From Eubacteriales bacterium (GTDB taxonomy: Bacteria; Bacillota; Clostridia; Oscillospirales; SIG627), in contig JAZSDT010000083.1 in the NCBI GenBank assembly GCA_045531285.1, positions 1 to 60,841 of the forward strand: 60,841 nt of DNA, given 5' to 3'. Positions within the stretch are counted from its first letter, which is position 1, and each line of letters begins with the position of its first letter. Below are positions 18,598 to 27,333 of the stretch, in pieces. The notes below the pieces were generated by a model. The model was given only the letters and a program-made list of their open reading frames with translations, had not been told where the DNA came from and made no database searches. The translations under genes were made by a program, and so were the position numbers.

Positions 18598-18645
18598 GGT
18601 TTACATTTTTTAAAAAGTGCTCTATAATGAACTTGTAATATATAT

Positions 18646-18738
18646 GGTCAATGCTCGCCTATACCAAGCTTTGAGTATAAACCTACAACGTAAAACGGCG
18701 AGGTTGATTTACCACAATTTCGCGGCATATAAAAAAGC
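18646..18738 (+). repeat. 106-bp repeat family, single unit lacking the 5' hairpin (locus D)
   Basis: GCTCGCCTATACCAAGCTTTGAGTATAAACCTACAACGTAAAACGGCGAGGTTGATTTACCACAATTTCGCGGCATATAAAAAAGC. Confidence 0.85.
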
Positions 18739-18781
18739 TGTCTAAATATCTTGACAGTATCGAATAAAACGAGGTGACGTT

Positions 18782-21370
18782 ATGGCTATTAAAGAAACAA
18801 AAAGTGCAATTATTATTGAAAGCAAATTCGCAAGCATTACTATTTCAAAAACCGACTCAACCGTAACGAGCGTGAAATTTGAAAACAGAGAAATAATATC
18901 CGATGAACAGGTGCATTTCTTCTCGTTTTTTGACAATGACAAGACGGAATCCTTCCCGACGTCACTGAGTCTTAACGGTAACGTCATTACGGTGAAAGGT
19001 GAGCTTGGTGCCTTTGACGTAAAGGTTGAATGTGGGGATTGGTTTACCCTTGAAGTTATTTCTCCCCTTCCCGAGACAGTTTACAAGGTTTTTGTGGGAC
19101 ACGCTAAATACACCGAGCCTGTTGCAGTAAACGTTGCAATGACTATCGGCTCTATACCGAAATTCTACCCCGATGCAAAGAGCTGTGAAACACTGTGTCA
19201 CACAACGCGCCGTCTCAGCGACGTGGGGGCAAAGTGCGCTCTTCTCATTGCACCTCCGGAGCTTCACCGTGAGCTTCTCAAGGAGATATGTCTGCAAATA
19301 GACATAAAGAAGGGTATTGTCAATCCAAACGGCGGTGTATGGGCGCAGGAGAAAAAGATAAACTACAGCAACTATATGATAATCACCGACTGCCGCAGAG
19401 AAAATATTGCAAAATTCATCGACAATTATGAGAAAATAGGCATCGACCAAATCGACATACACAGAGGTCAGCTTTCCTTCCGTCAGGGCGATATGAAGTA
19501 TATGCAGTACGAGGATGACGAGGAATTCAAAAAGTACGTTCAACAGCCCCTCAAAGAGAGAGGAATGAGCATATCTCTCCATACATATTCCTTCTACGTG
19601 GACTATTACTGTGACACCATTCTTTCAGACCCCGAATGCCAAAAAGACCTGCGTGTTATGCACACCTTTACTCTTTCCGAGGATATTGACGAAAATACAA
19701 TGCTTATCAAGACCGACGAGCCAAGCGACGTTGTAAAGGTGGAGCACCTGTTCTTTACCAAGCACTCTCCATATCTCCTTATCGACAACGAGCTTATGTA
19801 TTTTAACAATACCAAGGAAGGCTTTAAGATAGCAAAGAGAGGAGACTGCGGTACAAAGGCAGTTTCTCACAAGAAGGGTGCTGTTGTAAAGCACATTGAG
19901 GGTTACTACTACGGACTTGCTCCCCAGCTTGGTTCTGAGCTGTTCTTCAAGATTGCCAGATACACAGCAGAGCGCTACAACAAGGGCGGCTTTGAAATGA
20001 TATACCTGGATGCCCTTGACGGCGTGTGGAAGAACATCGACGAGCGCGAGGAGTACGTTTACTACGGTGCGGCATTTATCCGTGAGGTTCTTGCAAACTG
20101 TAAAGTGCCTCCAATTATAGAGTTTTCGTTCATGGAGCCTGCTTTTTGGGCAGGCAGAGGTAGACTCGGTGCATGGGACAGCTGCGGAGTGGACTACAAA
20201 GCCTTCAATAAGGCACACGAAAAGAGTAACCGTCAGTTCCTTGACCGTTACGCAGCCTGCACACTTGGATGGTACAATTATTATTCGGATGCGGGAAACA
20301 ACACGGTAACACGCTATCAGCACCGTGACGATATGGACCATATGGGCACAGTTGCTCTTGTGAACAATTTCAGCACGGCATTCCAATCAAGAACAGCCAT
20401 GGATATGGACAGAGTAGCGGCAATGAGACGAAATCTCGCCATCTACAAAAAATACGACGATTTGAGAAAGAGCGGATACTTCTCATCGGAATATCTTGCA
20501 AAAATAAATACCGACAGCTGTGAATACGCACTTGTTGAGGAAAAGGGCAAATATTGGTTTCAGGAAAGAAACTATTGCTCGAAACGTATTCGTGACATGG
20601 CAAACGAGGATATGAATACAGCAGTATTCACAAACCCATTTTCAAAGCAAAAGCCTTTTGTGAGAATTGAAATTGCTATGGGCGCAGACAAGAACGAGGG
20701 CTTCTTCCTGTTGCCCGGCAATGAAAAAACAGGTAAGGAATTGACCGAATGCAACGTTGAATTCAAGGACCCCATCGACCTTTCCGAGTACGCGGGAAAA
20801 TACGTTAGGGTGAAGGGCAACGGCAAAAAAGGCGTAGTTTGTATCAGAATATGGGGCAGAGCAAGCGGAGAAGGCGGCGTGGCAAAATACATAATCGACA
20901 CCGACTTTACAGGCTGGCGTGAATTCCTTATGGTAGAGGACAACAGTACCGAGAGAAAAGAGCTTCATCTCAATGACAAGGAGCATTTCCGTCAGATCTA
21001 TGCAAATGCCTACGTTGCAAAAGAAACAAGAAGCGTGGGAATTCAGCTTGAGGGCGATACCGAGGGGGTTGTGATGTCCGACGTATACGCAGTACCTGCA
21101 GTGTACGACGTTATCAAGAACCCAACCGTCGAGATAAACGGACAAACGTTGACGTTTGAGTGCGAGGTACCAAGCTCCGAGTTCATAGAGTTTGACGGTG
21201 AAAAGGCTGTAGTTATCGACCGTCACGGCAACGAAAAGCCCGTATGGTTCAGCGGTGAGCTAACCATACCAAAGGGTAATTTCAAGGCAAAGCTGACAGG
21301 ACGTTCACTGAACAGACTTGTTCCCGGCGCATATCTCACCTTTGGCTTTAAAGGCAAAACAATAAAGTAA
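18782..21370 (+). CDS. Large cytoplasmic hypothetical protein (862 aa), possibly a novel glycan-active enzyme
   Basis: Long uninterrupted ORF with a GAGGTG RBS. No signal peptide or TM helix. I recognise no named family. Context: AraC regulator and GH127-like gene downstream. Confidence 0.6.
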   Translation: MAIKETKSAIIIESKFASITISKTDSTVTSVKFENREIISDEQVHFFSFFDNDKTESFPTSLSLNGNVITVKGELGAFDVKVECGDWFTLEVISPLPETVYKVFVGHAKYTEPVAVNVAMTIGSIPKFYPDAKSCETLCHTTRRLSDVGAKCALLIAPPELHRELLKEICLQIDIKKGIVNPNGGVWAQEKKINYSNYMIITDCRRENIAKFIDNYEKIGIDQIDIHRGQLSFRQGDMKYMQYEDDEEFKKYVQQPLKERGMSISLHTYSFYVDYYCDTILSDPECQKDLRVMHTFTLSEDIDENTMLIKTDEPSDVVKVEHLFFTKHSPYLLIDNELMYFNNTKEGFKIAKRGDCGTKAVSHKKGAVVKHIEGYYYGLAPQLGSELFFKIARYTAERYNKGGFEMIYLDALDGVWKNIDEREEYVYYGAAFIREVLANCKVPPIIEFSFMEPAFWAGRGRLGAWDSCGVDYKAFNKAHEKSNRQFLDRYAACTLGWYNYYSDAGNNTVTRYQHRDDMDHMGTVALVNNFSTAFQSRTAMDMDRVAAMRRNLAIYKKYDDLRKSGYFSSEYLAKINTDSCEYALVEEKGKYWFQERNYCSKRIRDMANEDMNTAVFTNPFSKQKPFVRIEIAMGADKNEGFFLLPGNEKTGKELTECNVEFKDPIDLSEYAGKYVRVKGNGKKGVVCIRIWGRASGEGGVAKYIIDTDFTGWREFLMVEDNSTERKELHLNDKEHFRQIYANAYVAKETRSVGIQLEGDTEGVVMSDVYAVPAVYDVIKNPTVEINGQTLTFECEVPSSEFIEFDGEKAVVIDRHGNEKPVWFSGELTIPKGNFKAKLTGRSLNRLVPGAYLTFGFKGKTIK

Positions 21371-21377
21371 GCAAATA

Positions 21378-21411
21378 GGCTGTTTAAAACTCAAAAGAGT
21401 TTTAAACAGCC
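21378..21411. terminator. Bidirectional terminator, GCTGTTTAAAA palindrome family
   Basis: GGCTGTTTAAAACTC-AAAA-GAGTTTTAAACAGCC, then TTTATCTTT. Lies between convergent genes. Confidence 0.75.
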
Positions 21412-21426
21412 TTTATCTTTATGTGA

Positions 21427-22299
21427 CTACGGCCTCGCCGTTTTGCATTTTTTTCGGTACTCCCCAGGTGACGTCTTGTATATTCGCATAAAGCATCTGT
21501 AGAAGGTGGAATTGTCATCAAAACCACATTGAGTATATATTTCGGGAATTGTCAGGTCTGTTGAAGCAAGCAGAGATACGGCGGCTTGTATCTGCATTCT
21601 GGTAATATAGCTTTTAGGGCTCTCCCCTGTTGCACAGGTAAATATTTTTCTGAAATAGGACTCACTCATATAGCAAGACTCTGCCATAAGTCTTGTCAAG
21701 GGACGCACTCCGTTTTTCAGCGAAGCCGAAACGTAATTAAGCGCAGGAAGAATGCTCTTGTTCTTTTTATAGTCTACGCTCACACTGTCGTTTTCTCTCT
21801 TATCAAAAGCAAGTCTTTCAAGAAGTTCGGCTGTCTTAAGTACGAGTAAGTCAGCAAGTCTTGTACTTTCGGAGGCTTCCCTAAGAAAAAGCTCGGCAAT
21901 CTCACTTATATTTCTGTGTACAGCTTCATCCTTTGAAAAAACACGGCAGGTATCAAGCTTTTGTGAAAGCTCTATAAAGTATGCACGGTCCAGGCTTACT
22001 CGCAGAGATGACATTGCCGAAACGTCAATGCTGATGAACATCCACAGTGCGTTATCCTTAAGAGCTATATCGTAATGGGGGCAAAAAGGCGGAATGAGCT
22101 GTACGTCGCCTGCGCAATACGGTATCTCTCCCCTGTCCGTATAGCAAATGCCCTCACCCTCCAGACACACGCCAAGCTCCAGTACCTCGTGATAATGGAG
22201 AAATTTCAGCTCTTGCCTCGGCATAGAATACATTGATACCGAATAAAATCCGTTATCAAATCCGCCTACGCCCTCATACAAAACGTTTATATTTTTCAT
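21427..22299 (-). CDS. AraC-family transcriptional regulator
   Basis: C-terminal HTH pair LMAESCYMSESYFRKIFTCATGESPKSY...IPEIYTQCGFDDNSTFYRCFMRIYKTSPGEYR. ATG at 22299 after a GAGGTG RBS (the ORF-track GTG is at 22308). Confidence 0.85.
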   Translation of the reverse strand: MKNINVLYEGVGGFDNGFYSVSMYSMPRQELKFLHYHEVLELGVCLEGEGICYTDRGEIPYCAGDVQLIPPFCPHYDIALKDNALWMFISIDVSAMSSLRVSLDRAYFIELSQKLDTCRVFSKDEAVHRNISEIAELFLREASESTRLADLLVLKTAELLERLAFDKRENDSVSVDYKKNKSILPALNYVSASLKNGVRPLTRLMAESCYMSESYFRKIFTCATGESPKSYITRMQIQAAVSLLASTDLTIPEIYTQCGFDDNSTFYRCFMRIYKTSPGEYRKKCKTARP

Positions 22300-22442
22300 T
22301 CCTACCACCTCTGTAACATACTATACTGTCTTGTAACAAAAAAATCAAGATAAAAAATCAAAAATGCAATATTTTCATCCTTTATGCAATAGACATACGG
22401 TGATATTTTTGATATCATTAAACTTAAAGGAGATGATTTTAA

Positions 22443-24314
22443 ATGGTAAAAAACGTTATAAAAGACATAGAAAACTCACGTATATTCACAAAAGACGAAC
22501 AGCTTTCAATGAAGCTAGAGGGTTCGTTTGAAAAGGCTGTCCGTTTCATCGAGCGTAATCAAATATGCGATGTTGGACTGTGGCAGAAATTTGTAGAGCT
22601 GTTTCGCTGGCACGAGGACGGCTGCGGAGATGCATGGGTCAGCTGGAGAAGTGAATACTGGGGCAAGATGATGCGCAGTGCGGCAATGGTGGTAAAGTAT
22701 ACCAACGATGACGGCATGTACAAAATATTGGAAAACAGCGTAAGAGACCTTTTGACCACTGCCGACAAACACGGCAGAATTTCGGGTTACTCTGTAGAGC
22801 AGGAATTCACACACTGGGATATCTGGGGCAGAAAGTACGTAATGCTCGGTATGTTCTACTTTATGGAGATATGCCGTGACGAAAAGCTCAAAGATGAAAT
22901 GACCTATGCAATCAAGCGTCAGGCTGATTATATGATAGAGCGTATCGGACACGGTAAGCTCGACATAAGAGAGTGCAGTTCAAACTGGGAGGGACTCAAC
23001 TCCTGCTCGGTGTTGGAGCCCATTGTCAGACTGTACAAGCTGACGGGTGAGCAAAAATATTTTGAATTTGCCGAGTATATTATCTCTACAGGCTTTATAC
23101 AGTCTGCGAACATAATAGAGCTTGCATTTGAAGACAAGGTTTCACCTCACGAATATCCCGTCGTAAAGGCATACGAAATGATGTCCTGCTTCGAGGGACT
23201 TTTGCAGTTTTACTACGTTACGGGTATTGAAAAATACAAAACGGCTATTCTCAATTTCGGAAAACGCATTATCAACGGTGAGCTTAGTATAATCGGATGC
23301 AGCGGATGTACTCACGAGCTATTTGACCACACTGCCGTAAGACAGACTCAGACGGACTACGAGGGAGTTATTCAAGAGACCTGTGTAACGGTTACCTGGA
23401 TGAAATTTGCCGCAGCCGTTTTGGAGCTGTCAGGAGACGTAAGCTTTGCCGACTGTATAGAACAGTCCTTCTATAACGCATACGCGGGAAGCTTTAATAC
23501 ACAGAGAATTCCTTCCGTAAGATACCGCGTACCCGACAGGGAGCACATAGTACCTCAGGTACTTCCCTTCGACGCCTACTCACCTCTTGTATCAAACGTA
23601 AGAGGACGTGCTACAGGAGGCTTCAACTACTTCCCTGACGGTACCTTCTACGGATGCTGTGCTTGTATCGGTGGTGCGGGCGCCGGAGTTATTCCTCAGA
23701 TTGCCGTTATGAAAAGCCAAAACGGAATTGTGCTGAATTTCTACGAAAAGGGTATAATAGAAACTAGCGGAATAAAGCTTTGTGTGGATACCGATTATCC
23801 CTACGACGGAAAAATCACCATTGAACTTGAAACGGCTGCGAAAGCCTTTGATATAACTCTGAGAGTGCCTCAATGGTGCGACGGTGCAAGTATCACAGTA
23901 AACGGTCAGTCACAGCCCTGTCACAAGGGATACGTAACTCTTAGCCGTCAGTGGACCGACAAGGACGTCATAGTACTCAATCTGCCAATGGCAGTAAAGC
24001 GTGTTCTTCCTCCCAAAGAAGCTGTAAACTGTGATATCTTTGCAGGGTACACCTACGGACCGCTAGTGCTTGCTGCCGACAAGAGAATAACCGATCCCGA
24101 CGCAATACTGGACGTTGTGGAAGGCACGCAAAAGGCAGTATACTGTCCCGAAATAAGAGAGGCTGAGCTTTGCCTTGAGGTGACACTTGCAAACGGTGAA
24201 AAGGCTCGTCTCATCGACTACGCCTCAGCGGGCAAGACCTGGTCTGAAGAATCCCGTTGCGCTGCTTGGTTAAAAAGGCGGAGAGTCTCCGCAGACAATT
24301 CTCGCCTATCGTAA
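22443..24314 (+). CDS. DUF1680 / GH127-GH146-like glycoside hydrolase (beta-L-arabinofuranosidase-like)
   Basis: 623 aa. QETCVTVTW (E-T-C) and FYGCCACIGG (C-C) resemble the Glu/Cys3 zinc-site and Cys-nucleophile motifs of GH127 HypBA1-type enzymes. The last 12 codons and the stop lie inside a repeat unit. Confidence 0.6.
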   Translation: MVKNVIKDIENSRIFTKDEQLSMKLEGSFEKAVRFIERNQICDVGLWQKFVELFRWHEDGCGDAWVSWRSEYWGKMMRSAAMVVKYTNDDGMYKILENSVRDLLTTADKHGRISGYSVEQEFTHWDIWGRKYVMLGMFYFMEICRDEKLKDEMTYAIKRQADYMIERIGHGKLDIRECSSNWEGLNSCSVLEPIVRLYKLTGEQKYFEFAEYIISTGFIQSANIIELAFEDKVSPHEYPVVKAYEMMSCFEGLLQFYYVTGIEKYKTAILNFGKRIINGELSIIGCSGCTHELFDHTAVRQTQTDYEGVIQETCVTVTWMKFAAAVLELSGDVSFADCIEQSFYNAYAGSFNTQRIPSVRYRVPDREHIVPQVLPFDAYSPLVSNVRGRATGGFNYFPDGTFYGCCACIGGAGAGVIPQIAVMKSQNGIVLNFYEKGIIETSGIKLCVDTDYPYDGKITIELETAAKAFDITLRVPQWCDGASITVNGQSQPCHKGYVTLSRQWTDKDVIVLNLPMAVKRVLPPKEAVNCDIFAGYTYGPLVLAADKRITDPDAILDVVEGTQKAVYCPEIREAELCLEVTLANGEKARLIDYASAGKTWSEESRCAAWLKRRRVSADNSRLS

Positions 24315-24378
24315 CCTTTAAGTACGCCCACACAAGATAAGACGGCGAGGTTGGTTTAATGTGATTTTTCGGTATTAA
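24278..24378 (+). repeat. 106-bp repeat family, single unit (locus E) overlapping the 3' end of the GH127-like CDS
   Basis: GCGGAGAGTCTCCGC hairpin variant, CTCGCCTATCGTAACC...GACGGCGAGGTTGGTTTAATGTGATTTTTCGGTATTA. Confidence 0.9.
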
Positions 24379-24394
24379 TTTTTTTAAAAAACTA

Positions 24395-24423
24395 TTGACA
24401 AAATCAAAAAACGATGCTATAGT
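24395..24423 (+). promoter_or_regulatory. Sigma-A promoter of T-box leader 1
   Basis: TTGACA (24395-24400), 17-nt spacer, TATAGT (24418-24423). Confidence 0.7.
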
Positions 24424-24429
24424 GTATTC

Positions 24430-24705
24430 ATCGAAATATTTAAAGGCTGTGACGAAGACGGTTTTGTCAGGCATTTTACAGAGAGTTGACGTTTGGTGCG
24501 AGTCAATATTTGACCTACAAGGTAACCTATCACTTCCGAGCCGGAATGCTGAACGTATTCAAGTAAGTGTTCCCGTGATTGCTGCGTAAATGCATAGGAA
24601 TTGTTTGATTCCAAGAGTGGCAGGTCTCCTGCAATTTGAGTGGTACCGCGGATGAGTTAATTTCACCCGTCTCAAAGAAAAAGCTTTGAGACGGGTTTAT
24701 TTTTT
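24430..24705 (+). promoter_or_regulatory. T-box riboswitch leader 1, specifier read as AUC (Ile)
   Basis: Stem I with AGAGA bulge and GUUUGGUG distal loop. Specifier loop ...CCU AUC A|CUUC (24529-24531). T-box sequence UUGAGUGGUACCGCGG (about 24636-24651). Terminator CCCGTCTCAAAG/CTTTGAGACGGG (24666-24695) plus T-run. Confidence 0.85.
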
Positions 24706-24722
24706 ACAAGGAGGAACAGAAA

Positions 24723-26987
24723 ATGTCAACAACTTCAAAAACAAAACTTCTGGAGGTAGCGCGCCGAATTCGTGAAATGCGTGAAATCGAAGGAATAAGC
24801 ATTGAAGAAATGGCAGAAAAGACAGAAGTATCTGTCCAGGATTATCTCGAATACGAAGCAGGAAATGCGGATTTCCCCTTCTCCTTTATACACAAATGCT
24901 CACTTGTTTTCGATATTGAAATTACAGATATTCTCGAAGGTAAGAGTGCTAACCTCCGTTCCTATACCATCACACGTAAGGGCGAAGGACAGGACACGGC
25001 AAAGGAAAACGGCATACAGATTCAGAGTCTTGCTCCCAAGTTCAAGGATAAAATAGCTGAGCCGTATTGGGTAAAGTACGAATACGACTCCGAGCTCCAG
25101 GACAAGCCAATAAACGTTACGACACACTCGGGACAGGAATTTGACTACGTGGTGAGCGGACGCCTCAAGATCCAGGTAGGCGACAACATCGAATATCTCA
25201 GCGAAGGCGACAGCATTTACTACAACAGCTCGGAGCCTCACGGCATGATTGCGGTTGACGGTAAGGAGTGTCTCTTTGTCGCAGTAGTACTTCCCGGTGA
25301 AGCAACCGAGGAAACGACTGTCAGAAAGACAATTTCGGCATCGAGTGCAAAATCAGGTCTTGTCAGTGAAAAATTCATCAAATGCGTTGAGGACGAAAAC
25401 GGTTCTCTTGTTTCCATTGACTTTGAAAACGAGGATAAATTCAATTTCGGCTTTGACGTTGTTGATGCAATTGCCAAGAAGGATCCCGGCAAGCTGGCAA
25501 TGATACACATAGACAAAAACAAGGTTGAAAGAAAGTTCACCTTCAACGATATAAAGCGTCATTCAGCTCAGGCGGCAAACTACTTCAAGTCACTTGGCAT
25601 CAAGAAGGGTGACAGAGTAATGCTGGTGCTCAAGCGCCACTATCAGTTCTGGTTTGCCATTGTGGCTCTCCACAAGCTTGGTGCTGTAGCTATCCCTGCT
25701 ACGAATCTGCTTGTAGCTCACGACTTTGATTACCGCTTTAACGCGGCGGGAGTTTCCGCAATCGTCTGCAGCGCCGACGGTCAGATAGCAGAACAGGTAG
25801 ATATTGCTCAGGCGGCAAGCCCCACTCTCAAGACAAAGATACTCGTAGGCGGCAAGAGAGACGGCTGGCACGACTTTGACGAGGAATATTCACTCTTCTC
25901 AACTCACTACTACAGGACCGAAGAAACCGCTTGCGGAGACGATATGATGCTGATGTTCTTCACATCCGGTACAACGGGTTATCCCAAAATTGCGGCTCAT
26001 TCCTACAAATACGCGCTTGGTCACTATCCCACGGCAAAATACTGGCATATGGTAGAGCCTGACGGACTCCACTTTACCATTTCGGACACAGGCTGGGGCA
26101 AGGCTCTCTGGGGCAAGCTCTACGGCCAGTGGCTGTGTGAGGGTGCTGTATTTACATATGACTTCGACCGCTTTGATGCATCGGAGATACTTCCCATGTT
26201 TGCAAAGTACAACATCAAGACCTTCTGTGCTCCGCCCACTATGCTCCGTATGATGATAAAGGAGGACATCTCAAAGTACGACCTTTCATCCGTAAAGCAT
26301 ATGACAACTGCAGGCGAAGCGCTTAATCCCGAGGTTTACTATCAGTTTGAAAAGCTCACGGGACTTCAGATAATGGAGGGCTTTGGTCAGACAGAGCTTA
26401 CTCTCGCCATCGCAAACCTTGTAGGACGTGACCACAAGGTAGGCTCTATGGGACGTCCCGTACCCCTTTATGACGTTGAGATACTTGACTCCGACGGAAA
26501 GCCGGTGCCCAACGGTGAAAACGGAGAAATCTGTGTAAAGATAGGCGACAAGGTTCCTTGCGGTCTCTTCCTTGGTTACTACGGAAACGAGGAAAAGACA
26601 AAGGAGGTCATGCACGACGGTTACTATCATACAGGCGACGTTGCATGGCGCGACGAGGACGGCTTCTTCTGGTACGTTGGAAGAACGGATGACGTTATCA
26701 AATCATCCGGCTACCGTATCGGTCCATTCGAGATAGAAAGCGTAATTATGGAGCTTCCCTACGTTCTGGAGTGCGGTGTATCTGCCGCTCCCGACGAGGT
26801 AAGAGGACAGGTTGTTAAGGCCAGCATCGTGCTTGTCAAGGGCACCGAGCCAACCGAAGAGCTTAAAAAGGAAATTCAGGAGTACGTAAAGAAACACACT
26901 GCTCCCTACAAATATCCCCGTATAGTCGTATTTAAAGATGAGCTTCCCAAGACAATAAGCGGAAAAATTCAAAGAAATAAGCTATAA
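24723..26987 (+). CDS. Fusion protein: XRE-type HTH + cupin domain + AMP-forming medium/short-chain acyl-CoA synthetase
   Basis: 754 aa. N-terminal HTH REIEGISIEEMAEKTEVSVQDYLEYEAG. Cupin HSGQEFDYVVSGRLKIQVGD...GDSIYYNSSEPHGM. Ligase motifs FFTSGTTGYPK, YHTGD, GRTDDVIKSSGYRIGPFEIE, SGKIQR. Confidence 0.85.
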   Translation: MSTTSKTKLLEVARRIREMREIEGISIEEMAEKTEVSVQDYLEYEAGNADFPFSFIHKCSLVFDIEITDILEGKSANLRSYTITRKGEGQDTAKENGIQIQSLAPKFKDKIAEPYWVKYEYDSELQDKPINVTTHSGQEFDYVVSGRLKIQVGDNIEYLSEGDSIYYNSSEPHGMIAVDGKECLFVAVVLPGEATEETTVRKTISASSAKSGLVSEKFIKCVEDENGSLVSIDFENEDKFNFGFDVVDAIAKKDPGKLAMIHIDKNKVERKFTFNDIKRHSAQAANYFKSLGIKKGDRVMLVLKRHYQFWFAIVALHKLGAVAIPATNLLVAHDFDYRFNAAGVSAIVCSADGQIAEQVDIAQAASPTLKTKILVGGKRDGWHDFDEEYSLFSTHYYRTEETACGDDMMLMFFTSGTTGYPKIAAHSYKYALGHYPTAKYWHMVEPDGLHFTISDTGWGKALWGKLYGQWLCEGAVFTYDFDRFDASEILPMFAKYNIKTFCAPPTMLRMMIKEDISKYDLSSVKHMTTAGEALNPEVYYQFEKLTGLQIMEGFGQTELTLAIANLVGRDHKVGSMGRPVPLYDVEILDSDGKPVPNGENGEICVKIGDKVPCGLFLGYYGNEEKTKEVMHDGYYHTGDVAWRDEDGFFWYVGRTDDVIKSSGYRIGPFEIESVIMELPYVLECGVSAAPDEVRGQVVKASIVLVKGTEPTEELKKEIQEYVKKHTAPYKYPRIVVFKDELPKTISGKIQRNKL

Positions 26988-27001
26988 TTTGCAAAAAAAT
27001 A

Positions 27002-27030
27002 TTGACAAACCTCATCTGATATGATATACT
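27002..27030 (+). promoter_or_regulatory. Sigma-A promoter of T-box leader 2
   Basis: TTGACA (27002-27007), 17-nt spacer, TATACT (27025-27030). Confidence 0.7.
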
Positions 27031-27034
27031 TCTT

Positions 27035-27307
27035 ATATTCAAGGAAAGGCTTTGACGAAGAGTATACCAGCACATCTATGCTCAGAGAAACGGCGTTTGG
27101 TGTAAGCCGTAGATAGACGTTGGTGTTTGTAGCTTCCGAGCCGAGAGGAAGAAAACGTTTGCCAGTAGACCCTCTCCGTGATTGCTGCGTAAATGCATAG
27201 GAATTGATTGATTCCAAGAGAGGCGGTTAGTCCGCAACTTGAGTGGTACCGCGGGCGTTGTTATTATGCTCGTCTCAAGGATCATATCTTTGGGACGAGC
27301 TTTTATT
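27035..27307 (+). promoter_or_regulatory. T-box riboswitch leader 2, specifier read as GUA (Val)
   Basis: Stem I with CAGAGA bulge and GUUUGGUG distal loop. Specifier loop ...GUUU GUA G|CUUC (27129-27131). T-box CUUGAGUGGUACCGCGG. Terminator GCTCGTCTCAA../..TTGGGACGAGC (27268-27300) plus TTTTATT. Confidence 0.85.
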
Positions 27308-27333
27308 GTCCCGATACAAAACCGGAGGAAATA

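Noticed and set aside
26988-27034. Possible independent terminator after ligase 1 that would isolate the two T-box units.
   Set aside because: No hairpin plus T-run lies between the stop at 26987 and the next promoter at 27002. Read-through from unit 1 into leader 2 therefore remains possible.
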